From Chlorokybus atmophyticus (taxonomy: Eukaryota; Plantae; Mesostigma and Chlorokybus algae): a stretch of DNA of 64,000 nucleotides. Both the position numbers and the translations under genes were made by a program. The notes beneath the pieces are model-generated. The model made no database searches, was not told the DNA's origin, and saw only the letters and a program-made list of their open reading frames with translations. Below, piece after piece: positions 12,001-22,641 of this stretch (its first letter is position 1; each line of letters begins with the position of its first letter). The DNA lies in contig RHPI01002090.1 in NCBI GenBank assembly GCA_009103225.1, forward strand, positions 768,414-832,413. The letters run 5' to 3'.

Positions 12001-15000
12001 GGCTTGAGCTTCGACGACATTACTGAATTAGTGGGCTTCAATTCTACACAGACAACCATAGCATGTGGGAGGATACAGGACCACTATCTTGTTCAGGTAA
12101 CCTTCGTGTACGAGCTGGATTATCATTGGTATCAAGTATGTTGGTTACTATTCTCAGCATGGCCTTTCATGTGCCAGGTTTGTGGGCATGCTGTGCGGTT
12201 AACTTGCCCCTTGCAAGGCCGCAGTTCTCAGTCCGGACCTTACGTACGAGAATGGGCGTTGCCGGATGCACCCTACACAGCTGTCAAAGTCGGCGCAGTT
12301 GGAGCAACGTTTGCACTTGTATCAATGGTCACCATCAAGCCCAATTTTGTACGGGAAGATGTTCTAGCTGTGCTGCGAGTTGCTGCCGATAACAACGGCC
12401 AACCACATTTGGTAAGTGTCGCCTTTATGTGCAACTATGTCACATGCTTATAAACTGCACAGCGTCACGATTCCCGTCGCTGCACCTGTGCATGCATGAG
12501 AGGCAGCTGTGCACAATGCTTGCAGCGCATGAGTCAGTGGCATCATGGATGTTGTGCGTATGCAGGTGCAAGTACATCGCATAAGCCTTCAGGCAGAGTT
12601 GTCCTGCATCTCAGTGCCAGTGTCCGAAGGACCTGGTTCCAAGTCGGAACATGACATGGCATCTGCACCATGGACAACAGGGCAAGCATTCTGCGTCGTT
12701 GGCACGTATCTACCATCTGTCGAGTTACTTGTTTTGGACGACTCAACCATCCAATGCGTCGCTTCCACTTCTCTAAGCGCACCTGCGCTGTCTGGCGCGA
12801 TCAGCAATGGGCCTCCTGAAAGCGTGCGCTTTGTACAGTTTGACAGCGCCTACATACTCGTTGGCCTACGCAGCGGTGGCCTGCTGCGATACGAGATAAT
12901 CACATCACATCTTTCCAGCCCACCCCATAGAGGCACCCCTGTTGCTGTTGGACACGAGCTTGCTTCAGCTTCCGGCAATGCACAGTCCATCACGCCACAT
13001 GTCACCTTGCGGCTTGCTGCTGTGAGGCGCATTGGCGTGTCCCCTGTATCATTGATTCCTCTGGCTGCGTCCCCTTCCTCCGATGTTGTGGCTCTTAGCG
13101 ATAGGCCGTGGTTGCTACAAGCGCCACGTCGTACCCAATGCATCACCTGCACTTCCATATCGTTCCAGCCGTCAACGCATGCGACTGCTGTCAGCTGCGC
13201 GGATTGCCCCAACGGCGTGTTGTTCATTGCCGACAGCTGCGTCCACTTGGTAGGTTCACGCTTGCAGTTTGAATGGGTTTTTGATTACTTGGCTGATGCG
13301 CTCATTCCAGGAGTGTTTGTCAAGTAGGTGGCAATGGAGCAGTCCAAGCGGCTCAATGTGCAGAAGCTCCCGTTGGGAGCTACACCGCGAAGAGTGCTGT
13401 ACCACAACCAATCCAAGTTGCTTGTGGTTGCATGCACCGATGAAACAACCAGTCACTTCAGCATGATGCCAGGCACCGTGGCCACGTTCCCTGTCATCTG
13501 CGGGCTGAAGTGTGTGGACCCTGTGAGCGGACGAGTGTTCTACGAAATGAGGCTTAAGCCTTGCGAAGTGGCGTTCTCCCTGAAGTCATGGACTTTAGAA
13601 CACGGCCAAGAGTACATTGTGGCAGGTGGGTCAGCTCATGTGGCTGCATTTCAAATACAGCCAATGACGCTGGTATAACATCTTGCAGGCACTGCGTTGG
13701 GAGTTGGTACTCCTCTCCAAGGTGAACGTGGCCGCCTGCTGCTGTTGCGACTGCAATTTCATGCAGGCCATGCTGATCAAGGGAATGGGCATAGAATGGT
13801 CAGCGCTGATGTTGAGCCCGAAGGGTCCTGGGATCTGCAACTTGTGCACGAAGTCACACTTCCCGGCATGGTCTGCGCGACCATGCCATACTTAAACAGC
13901 TACCTCCTTGCCTCCGCTGGCCGCAAGGTACCCGTTCAAGACCATATGGTTGGAGATTCTCATTTTCTAAGCTCACTTCATGCTGCTGTTGTGCAGCTCT
14001 ACTGTCTTACTGCATCGTTTGACGGCGAACGTGCGGTGCTGCACAAGGTGGCCAGATGCCACACACGCCTATTTATTGCTGCCTTGACAACATACCTCAC
14101 GCGCATTGTGGTGGTGGACGTCAAGGACAGCGTTCTTTTCTACACATACCGCGAGGTATGTCGGGACTGAGTTGGTTTGGTTGCATACCATGTCCGCAGA
14201 GGTGGAGCTGCCAGAGTGACGACGGAGGAGCTTCCGTCATCACTCTGGCAGGAGTACAATTGTTCACAGCTCACATATATGCGTGAACACTCTTGTTGTC
14301 CTATCTGCAGGACTCCAAGCAGTTCGAGTTGGAGTACTGCGATCGAGCACAGCGCCTTGTGGCAGACTGCGCATTGTCTGACAGCAACGTGGCTTGTGGG
14401 GTTGATAGACATGGAAACTTCTTTGCGCTCACAAATGGCGAGCGCCCGGAAGGTTCGCTAGCAACAGCTTGCTGAACAGCAATCTGTTGGCTGATGGCCA
14501 TATGCAATGCACGACATGCTCAAGAGCCTCTTGAATATCGATGCAGGTGACGCTAGTACCAATCCAGATATCAACCTTGTCCAGGCGGCGTCGTTTTCAA
14601 TTGGAGAGTCTGCGCTGCATATAAGAGAGGTTGTTCTTCTGCGCTGAATTGTAGTGGAATACTCTGTTTATAACAGCAGCAGAGCTGTCTTCAAGCTTGT
14701 GCACCGGTACTCGACAAACAGCTGCTGACTTTGTGTCTGTGTAGGGCTCACTTGCATACAGGACGCCTGAAGTAGTACGCTCGGCAGATGGTGCCAGCCC
14801 TATAGCAGTTCCCCCTCCCGACTTGCGGCAGCAAACATTGGTGGCGGCTACATTGCTGGGCAGCATTGTTCTCTTCTTGAGATTACCGAAGTAAGCGTGC
14901 CCTTTGCAGACTTGGATTTGAAATACCTACCTTGTTATGGAGCAGGTGGTAATTTCTGTCTCTCATTGTTACAGAGAGGAGTATGACGTTCTGAGAGCTG

Positions 15001-15464
15001 TTGAACATGCGCTGGCTTCGTACCCTATTACTGCACCAGTTCTGGGAAACAGTCACATTGCCTTTCGCTCACAAGCGGTAAGTACAATGGTCAGTTGATG
15101 GATTGGCAGTTACGATGCAGGACATGCACATGTGGTGCACAGTCTTGCAACATGTCGGTCTTATGTTGTTGATCCTGTGGTGTTATTGTGATTTGGCAGT
15201 GTGCTAACACGTCTGCATATCTGCGTATAGGCAAGCCATACTGGCCACGTTCTGGATGGCGACATGCTTGCGCAGTTCCTGGAGTTGCCAGACTACCACC
15301 AGCGCCAAGTGCTGAATTCTTTGTCGGCAGCAAGTCATGCGGCTGTGCTTGGGATGGATGCATACACCACAATCCCGGGCGTGGCGGCCAGTCAGCCTGG
15401 CGCGGAGATGACTGTTGAGAAGATTCTGGCGTTGATAGAGCATGTGCACAGCAGGCTGTCATAG
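9009..15464 (+). CDS. SF3B3/DDB1/CPSF-A family beta-propeller protein, plant At3g11960-type (multi-exon)
   Basis: Exons read YAKSALKSSAVLQAICGRVR..DVVLGK|ETVLELL..LCEQSVFGTIRDL..|GKDLLVLLSDSGKLSFVTFSNDLHR|F..LGRSLAIE..AVSAFQDR..GTVWSMAFI; NTAPLLDF..QDQIFAGSGVGVEGSIRVIRNG; VQKLPLGATPRRVLYH; RIVVVDVKDSVLFY; VEKILALIEHVHSRLS*. Typical MMS1_N plus CPSF_A architecture. The subfamily call is from memory of the Arabidopsis sequence. Confidence 0.88.
9818..10046. other. Assembly gap flanked by poly-C runs (example of six multi-base gaps)
   Basis: N-runs at 4773-4801, 9838-10025, 22542-22561, 23475-23529, 43512-43671 and 59766-59958, mostly bordered by C (or G) homopolymers. Confidence 0.95.
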
Positions 15465-16534
15465 TCGCTTTCGGATGAAGACAGCAATTTCACATGCAAG
15501 GCAGTTCCTGCGTGAGCAGTGCGAAGAGTTTGTACATGGGCAATGAGGCAGTGTGGTGATGTACAATGAGTGGTCCTAGTATAGGGAATGGATTGTGATA
15601 TGTCATGCACAAACATGCGTGCACAAGCAAAGGTGCATAGTAGGGCAAGCATAGCAAGCACAACAAGCAAAGGCAATTATCACAATCGGGGCCACCTAGT
15701 CGCTATTATCTGTGCTGCTATGTGCCGTGCGCTGTAATGGCAGTAGGCAGGCTCAACCAACCTGAGGATACAAGGCAGGGAGTTAGGCCGGAGATTGGGC
15801 GTGGGTAGGACATGTAAGTTAGTATGATAACAACAATGGTGCGCATTGATTTGGTTGCGCAGGTGGGCTCGTCTAACAGCACACTAACCGCCATGGGCAG
15901 TGGCTACTCTGATACCACTGCAAGTGTACAAAAGATGGTCTGCTCGTAAATTGCATGCATAATGTCACAAGCATTAGTCATGCATGTTGTGACGCATACC
16001 AAGCATGCAAGCAGTCAGTGGCCGTCACAATATCATGTCACCACTGGGCTAAAGCTATGTACTTCTTCACTTACTACAACTACTTTGGCTACCCCGTTAG
16101 TCATGCATGCATGCGTGTATGTTCAATCATCACCTGTCCCCGGCACCAGCGTGCTCTCGTGTGACTGAGCAATTCTGTGTCTGGTTGGCAAATGCAGTGC
16201 GCACTAGCGTTGCCACACAGGACATCCTTCGCGCAGTATTGCTCGTGTGCCTGTATAGTTGTGATTCCTTCATGAACACTGCAAACACAGTTTGTGGTCA
16301 CAAAGTTGTTTGACATGTCATGCTTATACATATGTTGCGCGGGGCCTTCCATATTTGACAATCATGTCACAACATTTGACACAGTAATACTGCGACAGTA
16401 AGCACTGTGCAAGTTGTAAAATCAGTGTCAATACAGTTACGGCAATCCGCATCAAACAAGAGGTAAGTGAGATAAGTTAATGTGCATTGCGCGGGGAGCA
16501 GTTGTCACTGCCAGCACATGTTGTATGTTTCCTC

Positions 16535-16880
16535 ATATGACTGTGCGTGACTGTGTATGCTCTATGTTGGCTCGCAGGACTGTGCATGAAGGCATGACTG
16601 TGATTGTGCATGTGCATGCTGCATGTGCATGTGCATGTGCATGTTGGCTCACATGACTGTGCATGACTGTGCATGCTCTATGTTGGCTCGCAGGACTGTG
16701 CATGAAGGCATGACTGTGAATGTGAATGTGAATGTGAATGTGCATGTGCATGCTGTATGTGCAAGTGCATGTGCATGCTGGCTCACATGACTGTACATGC
16801 CTGAATGACGGTGCATGACTGTGCACGAATCAATGACTGTGCATGCTGGCTCTTACATGACTGTACATGCCTGCATGACT
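16535..16880. repeat. Low-complexity (TGCA/TGAC) minisatellite with about 116-bp higher-order duplication
   Basis: tctatgttggctcgcaggactgtgcatgaaggcatgactgtga occurs at 16561 and 16677, embedded in tgcatg/tgaatg/gactgtgcat arrays. Confidence 0.9.
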
Positions 16881-17199
16881 GAGTGCCAACACCCCTCATT
16901 CTGTCGTGCCCTCAGTTCTGTCATAAAATAACCGTTGCAGTTCTTGTGAGTCCTGTGACAGCTTGCAGCCGATTGCGAACTGTGGGTCTTACACGGCAAG
17001 ACCAGGACCAGCCGAGCAGCAAAGTGGCGCCATCCACCATTCAGCAGCACTGCATCACATTACACCCCCGCCCTCGCCCTGCTCCTACTTTTGCTGCCTG
17101 TTACTGCTGTGCTACCTCCACATCCTCCACGTTCTCATCGTGGGCCTCTGGCGTCTGTGCCCAGGTGCCCCGGACCAGCCTTATCAGAGAGCTCCGTGT

Positions 17200-17444
17200 G
17201 CTCCGCGACGTCCCGCAGTGCGCGCGTGAAGTCGCCGCCGACAGCGGAAGAGGGTCCGGCCGCCAGGGTCTCCCGCAGGTGAGCAAACCGGCGCTCCTTG
17301 AGGCGCTAGAGGGGACAGCTGCTGCAATCGATCAGCGACACCCTGGGGCTTCCACCGGTTAACTCGCATGCGGGAGACCTGGCGCCGGACACTCTTCCGC
17401 TGCCAACGGCGACATCACGCGCGCACCGCAGGACATTGCGGAGC
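17200..17444. repeat. Long imperfect inverted repeat (foldback), about 84-94-bp arms
   Basis: 17200-17283 versus the reverse complement of 17363-17444: 71 of 84 columns identical (11 substitutions, 2 single-base indels). Pairing extends weakly to 17293/17353. Confidence 0.92.
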
Positions 17445-17668
17445 TTCTGGTGACGCTGATTCGGGGACTCAGCCGCAAGCCGTTGGACAGTCATCGATGC
17501 ATCTCGCACACACTCTCAAGTTCACGCCTTGCATAATGGGCAATGCGGCTGTGCGGACTAGCTGCAGTAATGCACCAACATACTTGGAAGGTGATTGACC
17601 CTATGTGCAAAGCTCCCAACTCAATCAACACCGACCCATCAAGCGCAATTTTCGGAGCTTCCGCATGC

Positions 17669-20600
17669 TCAAGTAAACGTGGTGAAATGTTGCTGTATGT
17701 CGTGCGGCTCGCATGCCTCGCCAACCAGAGTCAGCTTCTGGCACAGGCCAGGCGCAATGGTGTGCTCCACCAGTTGCGGGTGCAGAATGCGCGCCAGCAT
17801 TTCAACTCCATTTATCAACCTGCACGAGCCTGACATCGGTACTGGTACTGCTACAGCACATGCGCGTGTAACAACAACAACGGCAATCAGATTCACCTTG
17901 GACCGGGACGCGAGAAGAGCGCACTTTCGCAGATGTACACTTGTCCTGTCCGAACTGCCGGCAACGACCACCAACCAGGCAACGCCACCAGGTCTTGGAT
18001 CTGCATCAGTACGGAGGGAGAGTTTAAGCAAATCAAAACACCTCCAATGCTACCTGCGCCACACGCGCACGCGCACTCACACACACGCGTGCAAACATAG
18101 CATCTACGGGTACCTCAGCCATGGTTTTGCGCTGTGAAGAGGAACAGGGTGCAAGGATGAGCACTTCAGGAGCGTAGGTCACCACCTCATCCCACTCGAT
18201 CCGTCGCGCTGCGCATCCTGGCTCCTGGTTGGCAAGCACACGATGCTTTTGCCGTGTGCAAAACCACCACAACACCACACCGCACACGCGCAAACAAGTA
18301 GCCCACCTGCAGCTCGTCGCGCCCGCCAGCCAGCGTCTTCATCTCGCCGAGCCAGTGGCCGCCCAACACGATCGGCGAGAGTCCCTCCAGCGAGAGCACG
18401 CGTGGGCGGAAGCCCGATGGGACGGAGGCTACCGCCTGTGCGATGGCATCGAGTCGGGACTTTAGACTGTCGACCAAGGCCGTGGCACGGTTCTCCGCAC
18501 CGACCGCGTCGCCGATCTGGTGAATGGTATCCAGCATGTCACCCACCTGCGAGGTGTTGATGTCGTTCTTAGTGTCAACGTGCAGCACTGTGCGTGTCTG
18601 CGCGCGTGTCTGCGTGTGCGTACAGTGCGAGGTCGAAGAGTCAGGATGTTGACTTCCGGTGGCGCGAGCTTGGCGAGGGCCAGGGCGCGCGCAACCTCGC
18701 TGGTGTCCACATCGCAGGCGGCACATGTGTCCTGTTTGCAAAACAGTATTTTTCAATTGATCACGCAACAAGTCAGTAGATTGAGATACACTGTCGCGTG
18801 GGTTTATACCTGAGTGAGAATGAGATCGGGGCGCTGGTCAGCAATCCAGTCCGCATCCAAAGAGAACAGCTTCGCCCCGCTCTCTTTGATCTTTCGCAGC
18901 TGGTCGCACACACGCTTGGTCAAGAATGCTACATCACCAACGACATGATAACCTGCCGATCTGAGTATGAAATAGTACCTGTTGCTCAATCTCTTTGCTG
19001 GACAAGTCCTCTGTGCGGATGGCACTGCGGCTTACCTGCATGCCGCAACAACGCAAGGATGGTAGCGTCAGCGTTAACCCCATGCAGGGAAAACACGGGT
19101 TGAAAGCATGCGAACGCAGTGAGTAGCAACCAGCCAGGGACTGCATTGACTGACCACATGGCGGCCTTCTGAAATATTGCTGGGAAAATCGCAGAAGTCG
19201 CTTATGCCAATCACTCTGTCCAGCACACCTGTTTGACACATACAGCAAGTCGAATGGATCGTCGGCAGGCGCGACGACACGCGACAAGTACAAACAGTCC
19301 AACAAACATTGCAACACTGTGTTGTGTTGGCATGTGGTGACGACGCATGTTCTCTCACCCAAAGCGTGCAGTATCTCCGTCCCGCTCGGAAGCAACGAGC
19401 AGATGCGCTGCGCAGTGGTGGGCGTGCCAACATCACCCCCGCATTCGTTGGACGCCGCGGCGGGACTCATCATCCGCACACCCTCAAGCTGCACAGAACC
19501 GCCAAACACCCCTCAACCTCACCTCCTCAACAACCAACACGACAAGCCCTCCTAATTCCTTCTCACAACCCACCTGCTGATGAGACATCAACTCCGCTAC
19601 ATCCCGGCAACGGCTCACAAGCGAGGCCGCGAAGCGAGGGTTGCTGCCCCAGTGAAGGTGAACATAGCTGGCGAGGGCGTTGCCGAGTTGGTAACCCTCT
19701 AAGGTTGCGTTGGCGTTGGGCTGCTGGAGACGGACACTGTAAGCGTATGATAGAGGTGATGATGCTGGTGAGGATGCGCATGCGGGTTTCGGGCAGTCGG
19801 GGAGGCTCTCGGGGACGATCTCGCTGAAGTGGTAGACTTGGCCGCGGACCGTTTGCGAAGAGGGGAAGAGTGTACACGCGTCTTGAGTCTCGACCTGTAA
19901 GTTGCACACTTGAATTGGTACATGAGATACACATGACGTTGAGGCCATCCCAGTTGCTCACCTCCACATAACCCATCTTCATGGCGTGGACCATGCGCGT
20001 GCGGAAGGGAAGCACGCCGCACATCGAATGCACTCCACCATCTTTGGTCTGGTCGTTATGTAAACATTATCGTCACCATCATGCCTCTGACTATCATCCG
20101 CTTGCGCGTGTGCACACACCTGCAGGCTTTGAGACAAGTACATAAGGCCGCCGCACTCTCCGTAGACAATGCCGCCGCCGGCAGCAACATCCCTCACGGC
20201 TGCACGCATCTCCATGTTGGCCGCCAGATCCGCCGCATGCAGCTCAGGGTAGCCTGCATCAGGCTGATGATTGAACCAACAACATTGTGTGCGTTGCACG
20301 ACAACGACAAGTACGAGTACGAGTACCTCCGCCAAAGTACAGCCCGGTGACGCCAGATGGCAACGCTGAATCCATGATTGGTGAGAAGTACACCAGTTCC
20401 GCGCCAGCCTCTGCAGTATAAGCCACCAAATTGATTAAGTCTGTTATGCAAGCTATCCGTTGCAAACAAAGCTATCCTACCTTGCAGCAAGAAAAGGTTC
20501 TCATGGTAGTAGAAGCAGAATGCGGCGTCCCGTGCAACGCCGATGCGAACACGTGCAATGTGATCGGCTATGTGCGGGTGTTGGATGGTTATGCTCGGGA

Positions 20601-21843
20601 GCGCAGGTTGCGTGTCGGGTGAGATGTTGGCCACAGCAGAAGTGGATTGCAGCAGTGCGTCCAAGTCGAGGTTGTCCTCAACCAACGTCGCAAGCGTGTC
20701 CAAGTACTGGCGCGTCTGCGCTGGTGAGCACAGATGTCAACCACCTCTTCAGACTATACAAAGCAGTCACCATGGCAACCATCACCACCACCACCACCAC
20801 CACCACCATCACCATCACCATCACCTTGCGGTCCGTTAGCGACTTCCGCTGGCATGTGCAGCCCGAGGTGGCGCTCAGGTACAACGACGCGGTTGTCCTT
20901 GGGCACGGCCCCGAGGACGCAAACATCCGGCAAGGCCGACTCAAGAGCCTCTCTCAACCACGCTGCGTGTGCCTTACCCCCAACCTGACACACACCAGAG
21001 CGTGAGCATGTGGGTGATTGAGAGCGTGTGCATGTGACGAGTTCGAACTCCACCTTGTTCAGGACGAGGCCGGCGAAGGTGACGTTGGTGTCGAATGCGG
21101 TGAATCCAAGTGCGAGTGCGGCGGCGGAGCGTGCGAGGGCCCAGCAGTCGAGGACGAGGACGACGGGAGACCTGAGCCACTTGGACATCTCTGCGGTGCT
21201 GCCGACCTCACTACGACCGTCACGACCGTCATAAAGACCCATCACGCCCTCAACCACAGCAACGTCTGCGCCCGAGGCGTGCTTGCGAAATAACTCGATG
21301 TTGCTCTGCCTGCGCATAAACACACATGTTGAACGCACAGCACGCGCGTGCGTGCCACAGACCCTGCGTGCCACTGTTGACCCATGCAGGTTTTAACGGG
21401 CAGTACGCTTGGCATTATGCGTTGCATACAGGCATGTCGCTTACTTGTCCAGCATCCAGCCATCGAGGTTGATTGATGGCCGCCCGCAAGCGGCCTCATG
21501 GTGCATTGGATCCAAGAAGTCTGCGCACAATGCAAGCGGATATGCATCATTCCTGGCACCTCACACAAACGCAACCACAGCTGTACCAACGGATGCAAGT
21601 CGACACCTTGCGTGCAATGAGACGCAAGTGCAATGCAGCATGCAGTGCCAAAGCACCCGGCGTCGGCATGCACAGTGGTCATTGTCATAGTTGTCATAGC
21701 CCACGCGACTAACCTGGTCCAACTTTGAATGGCTGGACGTTAAGTCCCCTTCTTGTGAGTGCTGCCATGAGTCCCACCGCGACGCTGGTCTTGCCCACGC
21801 CGCTGTACGTTCCAGCAACTACCACCGCGGGAGGCACCGCCAT
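17669..21843 (-). CDS. cbiA: Cobyrinate a,c-diamide synthase (CbiA/CobB) fused to a C-terminal BtuF-like periplasmic-binding-protein domain; 18 exons, about 850 aa
   Basis: 18 exons with GT-AG introns and consistent phases (2553 nt including stop): 21843-21714, 21520-21445, 21309-21054, 20984-20825, 20720-20481, 20410-20327, 20253-20120, 20048-19962, 19894-19574, 19488-19359, 19228-19155, 19035-18979, 18899-18810, 18731-18624, 18546-18307, 18224-18114, 18000-17897, 17819-17669. CbiA motifs: [76 protein letters not shown] motifs: [64 protein letters not shown]. The gene symbol refers to the N-terminal domain only. Confidence 0.93.
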
Positions 21844-22641
21844 ACTGGAAATATCCGCGTCCACCTCCGATTCTACATGCACGGAGAATGCGGAACTGTC
21901 CCCACGCACAGTTTCAACCGCCGGCGGCAACAACAATGTCGCCCATGCCGCCAGCAATGCTACGCCGCATGCGGCAGCAGCAGTGTGCCTGTGCGAGTTA
22001 TGGCCGCAAGTTACGTCACTGCGAGTACGCTGATGTCAAAACCTGGCGCTGTAACTAGCTGTCGTAATCTGTTCGTCTCGGCTCGTGACTTCAGTGCGGC
22101 CGATCCGGATCGGCTAAGTTTGTACCGAGAACTGGACTTGAGTGAGATTGAAATGACAAAGGGGGCTGTGCTCAGTGCAGTGCACCAGGCAGCACACATG
22201 CTGGCGGCAACGGGGCTCACCCACCCTGGTACCGCCCTGGTGACATGGTTGGCATTTTGTGAAGTGATTGGAGTCTGGTTCCGTGACATAGAGTTGCTAC
22301 AGGACTCTGCACTGGCACAGGCTGAGTAGTCAATACCCAGGTAAGCGTTGCCTTGCGCTTGTTTGGCGCTGTAGGCGTGGCTTCCTGCATTGTACGTGGG
22401 CAACGCGTACAAATCAAGCTCGTTCAGCTGTTGACACATTGAGAGTTAGCATACGCATCCATGACACGCACAAGCACACGCACGAACACGCACACACTGC
22501 TACTCCCACCCACAACACCCATCCTCCCCCCCCCCCCCCCCNNNNNNNNNNNNNNNNNNNNCCCCCCCCACCCCACCCCACCCATCCACATACAAACAAA
22601 CAAACAAACAAAAACACTCACTCTTCTTCCAGTCGCAAAAG

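Noticed and set aside
17200-17444. Cobalamin riboswitch downstream of the CbiA-BtuF gene (gggagacctggc resembles the B12 box)
   Set aside because: Only a short fragment resembles the box, it is part of a simple inverted repeat, and the other conserved elements (AGGGAA, T-loop, CCCGCAACTGT, GCCACTG) are not recognisable. An Infernal search with the Rfam cobalamin models would be needed.
21844-21957. N-terminal extension of CbiA-BtuF suggested by the ORF track
   Set aside because: Begins at TTG, is acidic and is not transit-peptide-like; ATG 21843 gives a typical CbiA start.
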